Below, piece after piece: positions 39,118 through 51,369 of a stretch of DNA of 64,000 nt. Positions within the stretch are counted from its first letter, which is position 1. The number at the start of each line of letters is the position of its first letter. The stretch covers positions 6,157,824 to 6,221,823 of the forward strand of contig MU054391.1 in assembly GCA_013239625.1 (NCBI GenBank), given 5' to 3'. This DNA comes from Lama guanicoe. Its lineage: Eukaryota. Under the pieces are notes generated by a model. That model was not told the origin of the DNA and did no database searches. It worked only from the letters and a program-made list of their open reading frames with translations. Position numbers and translations under genes: made by a program.

Positions 39118-41698
39118 GTAGGAACCCTGTGTGTCTCTGCCGCGCCGCTGGGAGCAGAGATGTGTCTGGGACCCTTCCCTCCCCCTCTGCAGCTTCTCAG
39201 TCCTCGACAGCACCCCCCAGCCTTGCCCGGTCAGTGCAGTTGCAGAGGGGAGAGCCAGGGCTCAGAGGCGGGGACACCTGGGCCAGAGTCCTGCTCCCCT
39301 GAGCCATAGTCTCCTCGATTCTAGAATGGGGAGACATGGACCTGTCCTGGGGAGAAGAGGCAGGGGAAGCGAGTCCCTTTGCACCCCATCATTCTGACAT
39401 GCCCCAGTGGCCCCTGGGGGCTCTGCTGGGACGTGCTGGCCCGCAGCAGCTGGGCCAGGGTCTCTGGGACCGCACCGCAGCAGCAGAAGTGGCTGGTCAT
39501 ACAGGGAGGATGTGCCCCAAGTTTCCTTCTCTGCATTAGCCGTGAGCTTCTGCAGGAGCCACGCCGGGGAGGGTAGCTATGAAACTTGATGGCTCCCCGC
39601 CTCCCACCGGCGTTGTCAAGTGCAGTCCCCAAACCAGGTCTGCTTTGCTTTTGAATGATAGAGACGCAGCATTTAGAAAAGAAAAAAAAAATACCCCCTG
39701 GGCTGTGCTGGAAATTAAAAATAAGCTAATGCACAGAGAAGTGCTCTCTAAACCCTAAAGTGCAGCTTGAGGATGAGGCAGAGGAGAGCCAGCAGGGGCA
39801 AGTGTGTGGCGTGGCTGCAGGCATGTCAGCGGCAAAGGAACAGGTTTCAAAACATGTTCCCACGTGAAACAAAGTGGCTCCTGCCTGGCATTGCCTTTGG
39901 GCTGATTTAAAACGTGTCTTCCACCCTCCAGGGTAGGAAGGCACAGGCTTTGGGTTCAACAGACCTGCATGGAGTCTTGGCTCTCCCGAGCCTCAGTTTA
40001 CTCCTCTGTGAAATGGGGACAATAAGTTCAGTCTCACAGTTGCGAGGATTCGATGAGACCATGCTTGTAGAGCTCATGGCACAGCGCCCGGCCCTCCACC
40101 CTCAACCACCCTCCGCCCCGACCCTCGGAGGGCCGGCTCCAGGCACCTTCCCAGGTTGAGCCCCGGGGTCCATCCGTCCCTTGGGGAGGGGACAGAAGAG
40201 GCAATGCTGGAGGAGAGAAGAGTGAAGCAGGATGGTCCAGGAGTGGACGGCCCTGTCTCACCTTCCCTGCTGCCCTGGGAAAGCCAAGCTCTGCCCCAAA
40301 TGCCCGATGGGGGTGGCCAACGGGTTTTCTCCAGTGCACAGCACAGGTGTCACTAAAGTGATGCTCTCCTGTGAACTGAACCTGGCAAAGCACCAGGACC
40401 ACCCTGACGGCTGCCGGACAGACTGTGCTCAGGGACCCCCAGCCCCTTGCCCGCCTTGCTTTCTGCCAGGAGGAAGGGGCTTGTGCTTTCAGAACCTCCT
40501 CACCCTGAGTGGTCACAGACCAGAGGGTGGGGGAGTGGCCAGTAAAAGTCCCCACCAGCCATATGTAGGGCGACAAAGCCCAGTAGCCCTCTGCATCATC
40601 GGAGGGTCCTGGAGACCTATCTTGCTGAAGGGGTGACTGACTGCCCACTCCCTTCCCAGTCTATCCCTTAGCATGGGGTTGTTTAGTCTCCTGTGGGGCC
40701 AGCCTGTCTGCCCCCCTTGCTGGGGACCCACAGGAGGGGGCATCCCTCTCGGCAGTGGGCAGGTGGGAGGCCCCTGCCTGGCGGGATGTATCCCATTGCA
40801 CCTGGCTTCCCGGCCACAGCTCACTAGCTGGGTGCATCCTGCAGGCGAGGCATGGGCCGAACCCCTCGAACACATCCTCCCCATCGGTCCTCCTGGTGGC
40901 CCTTTGAGATGGGAGTTCCCATGATCCCACCACACAAATGAGGACCCTGGGATGTAGGAATGTGGGGCTCTTGCCCCTGGTTGCAGAGCTGGGAGCCTTC
41001 GTGTGCTCGGCATGGAATCTGAGCTCCTTGGCTGCTGTCCTTCAGGGTAAAAGGTTCTGTTTCATTTTACCGCTGCACAGCCTTGAACGCAGAGGCAAGA
41101 ATCAGTCTTCCCAGGGCACGTGTTGGCAGAATGTAGGGTCTACTTCAAACCCAAGTCCCTCCCGCGTCTGCGTCCTGGTAGCCGTACCACCAGGGAGGGC
41201 GCATGTGGGTTACCAGCATTGGTGCCTCTAGAACTCCCTTTTCTACAGCACCTTGGATTTAAAACCTGCTTCCCTGTCTCCTGGTCCCAGGAGTAACCGG
41301 GTCCTTGGAGCAGGAGGGACTGAGGAGGAGGGAGGCACCGGTGGGCCTGTAGCCTGCCCGCCGCTTTCTAGTCCTCTTGCCCCTCAAGGGGCAGAGAGGA
41401 GTCCCCCAGCGGGAGCAGCAGGCCCGTGCTGCCACCAGGGGATGGCCAAGCTGGGCGGGTGGGGAACCATTCCCTGGGCAGTGACTTGGGGGGCTCAGTT
41501 CTCCCCAGCCATGGCCCTCTCAGCCCTGGATTAGATGCAAAGGCCACGTTCTTTCTGGATAAGGTACACCTTTCTTAAATAAAGCATGGGGCAATTTCTA
41601 AAAGGATTTAAATCATCCCGCAGCCGCAGCAGGCTGCCGCACTGGGACGTCCGGGCTTTGCGGTGGACGGTGAAAGCAAAAAAGGGTTTTTGAAGTGA

Positions 41699-41947
<249 letters not shown>

Positions 41948-42697
41948 GGGATCGACGTCTGGACAGTGCAGAGAAACACAGGCTTGTCTTGCCATTTAAG
42001 CTTTGCTTGCAGAAGTGGATGCCTCCTCAATCATTCCTGCTCTCCCGGGGTGGCCAAGCGGCACATCGCACCTGCCCGCCTGGCGGCCGCCTCCCTCCTC
42101 CACCTGGCCTCCTCCCGCCCCCTCCCTGGTCCCTCCAGGGCGACCCCGGGGATGTGTTTACATGCAAGACTCCCAGTGTCCCCGCTTCTGCTTCTGGGGC
42201 AGCTCTCCGCCCGCAGGGAGCCCAGAGGACACACAGAGGATCCTGGTGGGACTTTCTAAGATCGCACCGAGGCCAGCTGGTTTTATTTTGTGATCACAGG
42301 TGACTCTGGAAAAGATGGGGACAAGAACGGAGGGAGAGTGGATGGGCAAGCCCTCCCTGTGCATGGCTCCACCCAGCTCGTCTGTTTTCTCTGACCAAAG
42401 CCGCTTGCACGTATATATACTGTGGTCGCCTTTCTTTGAATATATAAGTTATACGTATGGTGAAGTGAAATGTAATGTGTAGGCCCCGTATTTAATGCCT
42501 GGATTGCCTTTGAAGCGTGATTCCCTCGTGGCCTGTGACCCCTCTGAGCCTGGTTGTTTTGTGGTATTTATGCACTCAATCTGCCCGTTTCAAAAGGACA
42601 TGCATGCGTGCCCAGGGCTGCGGAGCCGCGCCCGCCCGCGTTGTGAACGCAGGCATCCACGTGAGGTTCCTCTCCCTTGTTGATTGGCATTTCCTGT

Positions 42698-42716
42698 ATT
42701 AAAATGATCAAATAAA
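42698..42716 (+). terminator. HPCAL1 polyadenylation signals (ATTAAA 42698-42703, AATAAA 42711-42716)
   Basis: Hexamers ~760 nt after the stop, followed by a GT-rich element (gagttttgtgttgg). Another AATAAA at 42900-42905. Confidence 0.75.
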
Positions 42717-44088
42717 CGGAATTCTCTGAGTTTTGTGTTGGCCCGTGGCCTTTAGCGTGCTCCAGTACAGGTGGGCTTGGTGGGTCCAGCTGCTGTTTGT
42801 AAACTTGGCCCTCCTGTGTCCCTGCAGCCGTCACTGTGTCTATAAATCTTGTGCAGCCTGTTCTTCAGTAGCTGCCTAATGCCAAGAAATAGTCGTGGAA
42901 ATAAAAGATGACTGTTCTTGGCAGGTTTGACTGTCACGCTTCTGCCTGCCTCCTCCCTTCCGCGTCCCGCCCCCCACCCCAGGGTTTAATCAGCAAGGCG
43001 GAAGGACAGCAAGCACCAAGTGAGGACAGAGGGGCATGGCTGTGAGCACAGGCCTGGCTTCTCAGCCTGCGGCCATGGAGATGCTTCTGGTCCCAGCTGC
43101 AGAAAACCCAGCAGAAGGTGCTTCAACCATGGGAGTGTTTGCAGCACACGCCACAAAGCGTTGCGGGCTTGGCTGACAGAGCAGCTGAAGAGCATCACGG
43201 AGGTCAGCCAGGTTCCTTCCGCGTCCCACCGCCCCGCCCCCAGCCCCGCAGGCAGCTTTTGTGCTCACGTTTGCCTACCGGGGGTCCCCACAAGGCTGTC
43301 ACTGTGCAGCTGGCACGGGAGCCTTCCACAGGCAGGAAGAGAAGCAGCCCTGGCTTTTCTTCCTTGAAAGGGAGGAGAACTTTCCAGAATTCTCCTGCCA
43401 TGCCCTTCCCCACCAGCCACAATTCTTATTGGCTGAAACCCAGGCCAGTGCCTTGGTAGGAGTGTGAGGTGTCACCTGGCCAGTCAAGATGCCCCCTCGG
43501 CTGAGGAGGCTGCACCTCCCCCTGAAGACAGGGAGCCAGGACGGGTGAATGGGACTGGGGTTCGGGGTCCAGTGTCTGTCATACTTGCTGCGGGACCTCC
43601 GAGCCTCACCTGTAGAAGGGCCGTAACCGGGAAGCAGATGAGCAAGGTAAGCGTGTAGCTTGGAACCTGACCCACTGTAGGCGTCAGGGACCATGGCCGT
43701 TTTGTCGATTTTAGTGATTTTAATGTATCTCTTCCGGCTCCACATCTCTGAACGGAAACGGTGAGCCTGCCTGTAAGTGCCTTTTGAGCCAGTGGCACTA
43801 CCTGAGGCTGGTTCATGGTGAAGCCCCGGGCGTACCACAGGCCAACCGGAGGTAGGGGAGGGGGGCCCCCCCAGTGACCAGGGGGTGGACCCAGCTTGCT
43901 ACAGGGAGATTCGATGATGCCTTGGCAACTCTGCCTGGCCTGGAGGAATCTCCCCTCCCAGAGAGGGGCTTGCACTTCAGAGTGGGACTGGAATTGGCAG
44001 AGGTTAAGTCAGAAGTGCTTGTTGGGGTTGGGGGGCTGCGGTGCTACAAACAGGGGACACTGCTCAGTGGACATAGATGAGTGATTAC

Positions 44089-44560
44089 TGTAGCAGGGTT
44101 CACCCCAGAAGCAGCCAGCAGGATCTTTCTCTCCCTCTGTCTACATATGCATCTGTACAGGGCCGGAGGGAGAGTAAGAGAAAGATTTATGATAAGGAAT
44201 TGGGATTCCTCACAGGATTATGGGAGCTGAAAAGTCCCAAGATCTGCAGGCTGGAGACCCAGGGGAGCCGATGACAAAAGTTCCCATCTGAGTCCGAAGG
44301 CAGGAGAGTGACATCCCAGCCCTAGACTGTCAGGTAGAGAACAAAATCCCCCCGGCTCAGCCTTTTGTTCTATTCAGCCCTTCAACCCTTTGCACACTGA
44401 GGAGGGCTGTCTGCTTTACTCAGCCTGCTAATTATTAATTAATGTTAATAAATATTCATCTCATGCAGAAACACCCTCACAAACACACTCAGAGTAATAT
44501 TTAACCAAATATCAGGGCACCCCACCACCCAGTCAAGCTGACATAAAATTAACCTTCCCA
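44089..44560 (-). mobile_element. MLT2-type (ERVL) solo LTR
   Basis: gatttatgataaggaattgg...aagtcccaagatctgc...gaaacaccctcaca...cccagtcaagctgacataaaattaacc. Confidence 0.82.
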
Positions 44561-46125
44561 AGTACTTCCACCCAAATGTGGAAGATGTAGATCTGGGGGC
44601 CCTAGTGGACCCTGCCCCCACAGGAGCTCACTGAAGTATGTGGTTCCTTAGGGAGTCTGCTGCTGGGAGGGAAGGGAAAGTAGTCCCAGAGATGGTGTCC
44701 ATGTCAGGAAGCCCAGCTCATCATCAGAAGAGGAACCTGGAGTCGACCTCAAAACTGTCTTTTCCAAGCCGTGCCCCCCCCCAGCCCCCGCACGAATACT
44801 GTCTTGGAGTAGATTCTTCTTCCAGGGCTGGTTGTTAGAAAGTGCCTCCTCCTGCCCCTCCCTGGAACTTCATGGTAAAGGCCTGGGCCGGCTGCTCTCC
44901 GTCGCTCCCCATCCTGCCTTCTCCTTGCCCTGAGGGAGCCCAGACCCACTGTCATCCTGCATGGACACCTCAAGTTGGTTAAAGATCTGTGGGAGTTTCC
45001 CGTGTACCCCTTACACTCTAGGCAGCAGGCCTGGTCCTGTGTCTAAAGCAGGACTTCAGGAAGACGGCTCTGGTCTAGTCTGCGTGTCTTCTGACTCCGC
45101 CCAGGACCCTGCCCAGAAGACATAATATCCAACCTCAGCCCTTCTTCCTTCGTGTGGCCTGAATCCCCTGCCCTGGGGTGGTGGCTCCATGGACCCTTCT
45201 AGCTGCTCTGACAGCCATGCTCAGGGTCCTGTGCTCACTGAGGAAACACAGCAGTGGGAACAACCCCCAAAACTAGAGAATGTTTAGAATCGAAGGAGGA
45301 AAGCCCTGGGGTGGGAGTGTGGGATATACTATGTCCAAGACGGGTCATCTGGGCAGCCTATGACCAACCCCCATGAGGGCAGGACTGTCACCTCCATTAC
45401 TCTGAACCCTGGGCCTTCATTAATACAACCCGACCTAGGCATTTTCTGTCTGCGTAGGCCTGCCTTCCCTATGGGAACCAGCGTTAAGGCAGCATACTAG
45501 TCCACATTTGTGGAGGGCTTCCTAGGACAGATACTGCTAAACCCCTTAAATGTTTTGTCTAATTGAAACCCGCCGTTAACCCCACAGTACAGCATTACTG
45601 CCCACATGGTACAGATGGATCAGCTGAGGTTTAGAGAATAACCTGCCCCAGATGTTTAGAAATGGGTGGCAGAAGCAGGATTTGAAATCAGGAGAAGCTC
45701 CCAAGGCCAGAGTTGCCGGTGGTCCTGCCAGGCCACCTGCCCTCCTGCGGTGCACGGAGGGCACTCTTGGGCGCATCCTCGTCAGGGAGGAGACTGTTCT
45801 CCTGTCTGTGAGCTGGGCGCGATGGCTGGAACACACACACTCCATGCACGCACACCCACGCACCCTAACTGCCCGTTGCACAGACACTCCCCAGCGCTGC
45901 CCTGCTGCTCTCACTCGGGGCGGGTGAGCCCCGTTCACAAGGGCCATCATGATGCGCCTGCACCACCTGCAGACGATGAGGAAATGGGCCCCGGGAGGGA
46001 AGGGACGACCCGCAGACCGGTCCCCAATTCCGGGGAATCCACTAACAACCGGCCAGGCCCCAGGAAGTCAGTGGCAGAATCAGAACAAGCCAGATCCTCT
46101 TACACCCAGACAGTGCCCCTTTTAC

Positions 46126-46128
<3 letters not shown>

Positions 46129-46156
<28 letters not shown>
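46129..46156. repeat. (GT)14 microsatellite
   Basis: Direct reading. Confidence 0.95.
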
Positions 46157-46159
<3 letters not shown>

Positions 46160-46935
46160 GAGAGGGAAGGGGCTTGCTGGGACTCTGGGGTCCAGTTTGG
46201 AACGTGCGTCTGTCCTACAGGGCGGGTCACGGAGGCACACCCAGGCACATCCCGTGCAGAGACCCAGCGTCGAGGGACTGGTGTGTCTGGCCTGGGCCAG
46301 CGTCCAGGGCTTGAGGGGCGGTGGGCTGGGTCACCAGGTGTGCTGTGGGCACTGCAGGAGCCCGTGGTAAGGGGCAGAGAACACAAGCTGCGGGGACCCA
46401 CCAGCTGTTCCCTGGGTGTGAGGCAGGAGGATCCCGGGCTGGGCTGGGGATGGGTGTCGCAAACTGTGCTCAGGATGTTTCAGGGGGAGGAACCTGGGCC
46501 AGGGCAGGGCTGTCTAGAGCCCCAGTTCAAAGCCCAGATGCCCAGTGCGGCTGACCCTGGATCTCCCTCTAAGCCAGGCCATGCTAATGTCCCCGCAGCC
46601 CTCCTGTCACAGTCAGGTCTCTGTCAGCGTTTGTTCAGTGACTGAGGGACCTGACTACTATCACAGTGCCAGACCAGCGGAGGAGCCTCAAGCACTAGGT
46701 GCTGCTGCCCCCTGGTGGTCATGGCTGGGAGGGCCATCCTGGGATTGGGTGTGTGGATCCCCTAGCCTGGTTTCAGAGCCTCTTGGGCCGGCTGTCAGTA
46801 GGAGGTTTCTGTCTCCATCCCATTTGACAGACGAGAAGCCTAGACCCAGAGCAACACCTGACTATGCGTGAGCCACACAGCACACAGAAGCTGAGGCCGG
46901 GCTCCTAGGACCTAGGATTTGGAAGCCTTGTCAAT

Positions 46936-47066
46936 CGGTTGCCACATAAAATACAGGCGCCCAGTTAAATCTGAATTTCAGATACTTCAGTTATTGGTTA
47001 GCACCCTTTCAGTACTCGTATGTCTCATGAAATGCCTTACATTTTTACTTGCTAATTCTGGCAAGC
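46936..47066. mobile_element. MER53-like palindromic hAT MITE, internally deleted
   Basis: ggttgcca...aaatacagg.gcccagttaaat.tgaatttcagata ... ctggcaa inverted termini. Confidence 0.7.
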
Positions 47067-48279
47067 ATACTTATCAATCCATGAAGCTAAGCCCGCACAG
47101 CCCCCAGGGCAGGTCAGAAGCTGCTGGGGTCAGGCCAGCTCACAGGCCACCACCCTCAGGGCACGCACTGTCGTGTTCCTCCACGTTCCAGAGTCAACAG
47201 TGAGGATGGAAGGAATTCGCCTCCTCCCCAAAAATAGCAGAAAGCATTTCTCAGGTGTTTTCACTCAGTGCTCTAAATTCTGAGCTTCAGCGACGTCCCT
47301 CCTGACTGCCAGGCAGGTGCACGAGCCCAGCTTCTAGGGAGGAGGGCGCGGGGGGCCTGCCGCCAGCAGGGCCAGGTCGGCTGGGTCAGTGCCGCCCCAG
47401 GCCAGGGCTTGGCCACAGCTCAGGGTGCGGCCTCCGCAGACTTAGAGTCCCAGGAGATCCAGGCCACCCCGGATGCTGCCTCTCGGGTAGGGAATGAGGC
47501 TGGGAGAGAGTGAGGATAAGGACTCATGTCCCCGCCAACCCCCCTGCCCTTGGTGAGACAGAGAGGCTCTTTTCAGCCTCAGTTCTTTTTCTCCAGTCAG
47601 TGGCCAGGAGCAGAAGCTGGCAGGGGAAGATGTGGTCCTCCTCTTAAACTTGCTGGCTGAGCTCACTTGAGTCAGCTGCCTCTCTGGGCTTCATGGCATC
47701 TGTGATAAAGGAGTCTGGGAGAGCTCAGCAAAGCCTTTTCTTCGGATGACACTCTACCTTGAAATCTGATGTGTTAAAAAGTGAGTGAAGCAGAGAGGGC
47801 GGAGCTCCCAGACCCAGCATGGGGGGCCCACACTCAAGAAAGTATGGGGTGACGGCCAGAAAATGTGCCAGAGGAGGTGAGCAGCCAGCAGGTAGTATGA
47901 CCCAAGAAAACCTGATATGTAGGAATGGACTCTGCATAGAGACGTGAGGAAGTAGCCCCACCTTGTGGGCAGGAAGGGCTTCAGTCCTTGGTCCCAGTGG
48001 CTCTGCTGCCTCCACGTCTCCAGAGCTGGCTGGGCATGAGCCAGCCCCGCCAGCCCTGCGAAGTTGAAGAGCAGGCCTTGGCCAACCCCACCCAGGCCCC
48101 GGACCCTGCCCGCTGATCCCTGTTCAGCAACTCGTGGGCGCAGGAGTCACATGATTAAGGACTTTGTCTCTGAGTCTGTCTCCTCCCCTGGGAGGCATAT
48201 TTTACGATTGCTTTAAAAGCAGTTAATAGACACACATAAAAGTGCAGTCCGTCTCCACTCGCCTCTTCAGGCCTCGATT

Positions 48280-49020
48280 CTCCTGCTGGGTTTCTTGTCA
48301 GTTCTTCCAAAATTTTCTTTGCACGTGCAGGTCCTCGCATGCACAGTTTTTGGTTTGCTTTTTACAGGTGGTACACAGCGTGCCGCACCCCGCTCTTTCT
48401 CCAGCTTGGAGATGGTCCCACATCAGCCCCTGCAGGGCTGTGGGCCTCGAAGCAGCCATGTGTCCCCCTGATAGATCTCGTCAGTTCCTCTTGACGAACA
48501 TACGGTTGTTTCTAATGTGTGCTGAACAAACGACGCCATGATGAATAGCCTCGTAAGTGCGTTTGTCAGAAAACTCTTGGAATTGTCAGGGCAAAGGTAA
48601 CACGGATTGTTTTTGATACTGCCAAGTTCTGTCCAGAGAGCTTATTCCTAGTCTCACTTTCCCACCTGCCGAGGGCGAGCCCGCCTGCCTTCGCGGTGAG
48701 GGAACCCTTTTCTCTTTGCTCACCTGACGGGTGATAGATTCTCAGCTTTAATATGCATTCGAGTTTTCAAGTTTGTTCATGTTCAAAGTTTTCTCGTCTG
48801 TGAACCTAAGTTCATGTCTCATCCACTTTCTATTGAATTGTCCCTTTATTGATTGGAGCACTTTGAATATGAAAAAATCAGCCCTTTCCATGTGTGCTAG
48901 CTTTTCCATTTGCCCCTTGCCTTTTTGACTTCAAATGTTTTCTTTCAATAGCTCTGTGGTCTCATCTGTCACAGTGAACTTTCATCTGGAATTTATTGTG
49001 GTAAAAGGTGCGTCAGTGAC
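48280..49020 (-). mobile_element. Highly diverged L1M fragment
   Basis: T-rich decayed L1-like tracts (ggttgtttcta..., atccactttctattg..., atctggaatttattgtggt). Confidence 0.55.
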
Positions 49021-50900
49021 CCTTTTACCTTTCCCAGGTGGTTACCTGTCGCCCCACGGTCCCTGTCCCCAGTCTGGGGTGGGCCCAGCAAGCTGTATGA
49101 GATTCCCTGCCAGATTTGGAGACCCCTGCCTTTACCGTGGACTGATAGTCCCTCCCATGGGGGCTGCACGGAGACCCCAGTACTCTCAGGAGGAAGACTC
49201 ACCCACTGCCTCAGTGTGGACCCCAGCTATAGACACTTCAAATCAAGGCCTAGAAATGTCGTTTCCGTGAATAACCACAGTACCATCTTCAATGGAAATA
49301 CAAAGGTATGCACTGCAAACTAGAACCCAAGAGGGTCCTGCTGGAGGACAGGGTCGACATACACCCAGCTGCCTGAGATCTCCATCCTCTTCTGCCGAAT
49401 TCCCTTGCCCACTCCTGGATGCAGGGGCCAGGGAAGGCCATTTGTCCCAGGCCGGCCCATGTCACCACTCAGACTCCAGGGCTCACAAGCGGCTTCACCA
49501 AGGTGCCGGGGCCAGGTTCAGAGGCTGCGCTGTGGGTGGCATGGGGCTATTTCTGTCCCCACTGGCCCTGGCCAGTTGCTTGGATTGCACTCTACCTAAA
49601 CAGGCTGAGAGCAGAGCAGCTTCCAAGCCCTGAGTATCATGTACTTCTTGATAGAAAACTTTTTCGAGCCAAGCTCGGTGCTGTCACTACAGCATCTCAA
49701 CTCCCTCTGAAAGCGGGCACCTAACTTATCAGGTCTTAAGCTTGGTGTCCAGCTCATGTTTCTTGGTATTCAGTCCACAGTGAACACCAATCCCTTTATT
49801 TTGAACACTAGCAGTGGGCAGACTGAGGACCCAAAGGAAGTGGGCAGACTGTCCATGTGTTTTTTCCTCTCTTTGAGACTCCAGTCAGACCTATTTTCTT
49901 TGTGGCTTCTGAGAAACCCCATTCAGAAGCCTGGCAACTAAAGCCATACTCTTGGGTACAGGAAGGGACAGTGGGGCTGGTGACAAGCCAGGTCCTCGTC
50001 TGGCTCAGCAGCTAAGAGGTAATGTCAGCAGTCACAGCAATGCTGTGTGCAGGCAGCACCCACGTCGTCACTCCTCTCGGCACCTTTGGCGTATTAACAG
50101 CATCATGATGAGCTTAATTCAGTCCCTGAGATGAAAGAAGCTGCAGCATTCTGACTGTACCACGAGCTGTCCCCGCCCTGTGTCCCTCCAATGGAGCTGG
50201 CGAGACACTCGATACCACCTGCGGTGACATCTGGCTTTTACACGGCCTCCCCCCTCCCCCCTCCCCGGGCTACAGCAGGACTCACAACTCCCATTTTGGA
50301 AGTTTAGTACGAGAGGCTGCCATCCCTTTCTGGGGAGTCGGGGGACAGTGAGTAAGAGAACAGAAAAGGCCAGGAGTCAAGGCCTGAAGGCAAAGACATA
50401 CAACACAGATGATAAGTGAACGTGTTAGAATAAGCTAACTGCCAAAAGCCGTGCTACCTCCCTAACCGGTTGGTAACTACGCAGCTTGTCCTGGGAGTGA
50501 AGTCGAGGCGGGGAGGGTCTGTGTGGTCTCGAGGCAGGGCTCCGAGGGCCCACTGACAAGGGGCTCTGGGCGCTCAGTGGACGTCCAGGGGCTGAGCCAT
50601 TAATAGCGGAGGCCGGCCACTGCCTCGGCCCTCCTCTCCCTCCCACTGCACGTGGGCCAGGTCCACTATTCTCTGTGAGAACCTACAGCAGACTTCCTAT
50701 GAGACCTATGTACTTGAAATACATACGTCAACAGAAAGGAGACATGTCCATGGGTTTTCAAAATATTAAGAACCATCAACTCAAGGCAATTTTCCTGGCC
50801 TGTGAGGGAAAAAACATCAATTCCCACTTACAAGACCCTCGAGGTGAGCGTTCAGAATGGACACGTAAAAATCTCCCATTGCCTTATTATTTCAAGATAC

Positions 50901-50906
50901 TTTATT
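50901..50906 (-). terminator. ODC1 proximal polyadenylation signal AATAAA
   Basis: tttatt on + strand ~320 nt past the ODC1 stop, in an AT-rich 3'UTR. Confidence 0.75.
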
Positions 50907-51224
50907 TTTTTAAAACAGGTCACAACACTGAGCTTCTGGCCCATTCTGCCAATGTACAAGCTACAAACGCTTGCTCAGCAGTTAAGGGGCACGCTTTAGT
51001 AGCATTGTTTGAAAAGTGAATAAAAATCCATATAAAACAAATATTCAAATAGTTTCCATAGGAACACAGATAAGTGTGACCCCATCTCCTAGTCTTCCAT
51101 GTGGGTGCACCTGCGCCACCCTACTCACACAGACATCTCAAAACTAGCAGTAGTTATGTTAAATGGTCCCCCCAAATCCCTTAATTCAAGCTAAACTCGC
51201 AGTTTACAGCTACAGGGCTGGTAT

Positions 51225-51369
51225 CTACACATTAATACTAGCTGAAGCACAGGCTGCTGGGTGACGCTTCATTCCACTCTCCCAAGCACAGGACACAGGC
51301 AGAGTGCTAACATCCTGCTCCTCTACTTCGGGCGGGAAGTCACGGTTCTGGATTTGCTGCATCAGTTGC
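51225..51369 (-). CDS. ODC1: ODC1 exon 12 coding part ([47 protein letters not shown])
   Basis: ttacag|gca; TAG at 51227-51225; Cys441 codon at 51290-51288 (ubiquitin-independent degron). Confidence 0.97.
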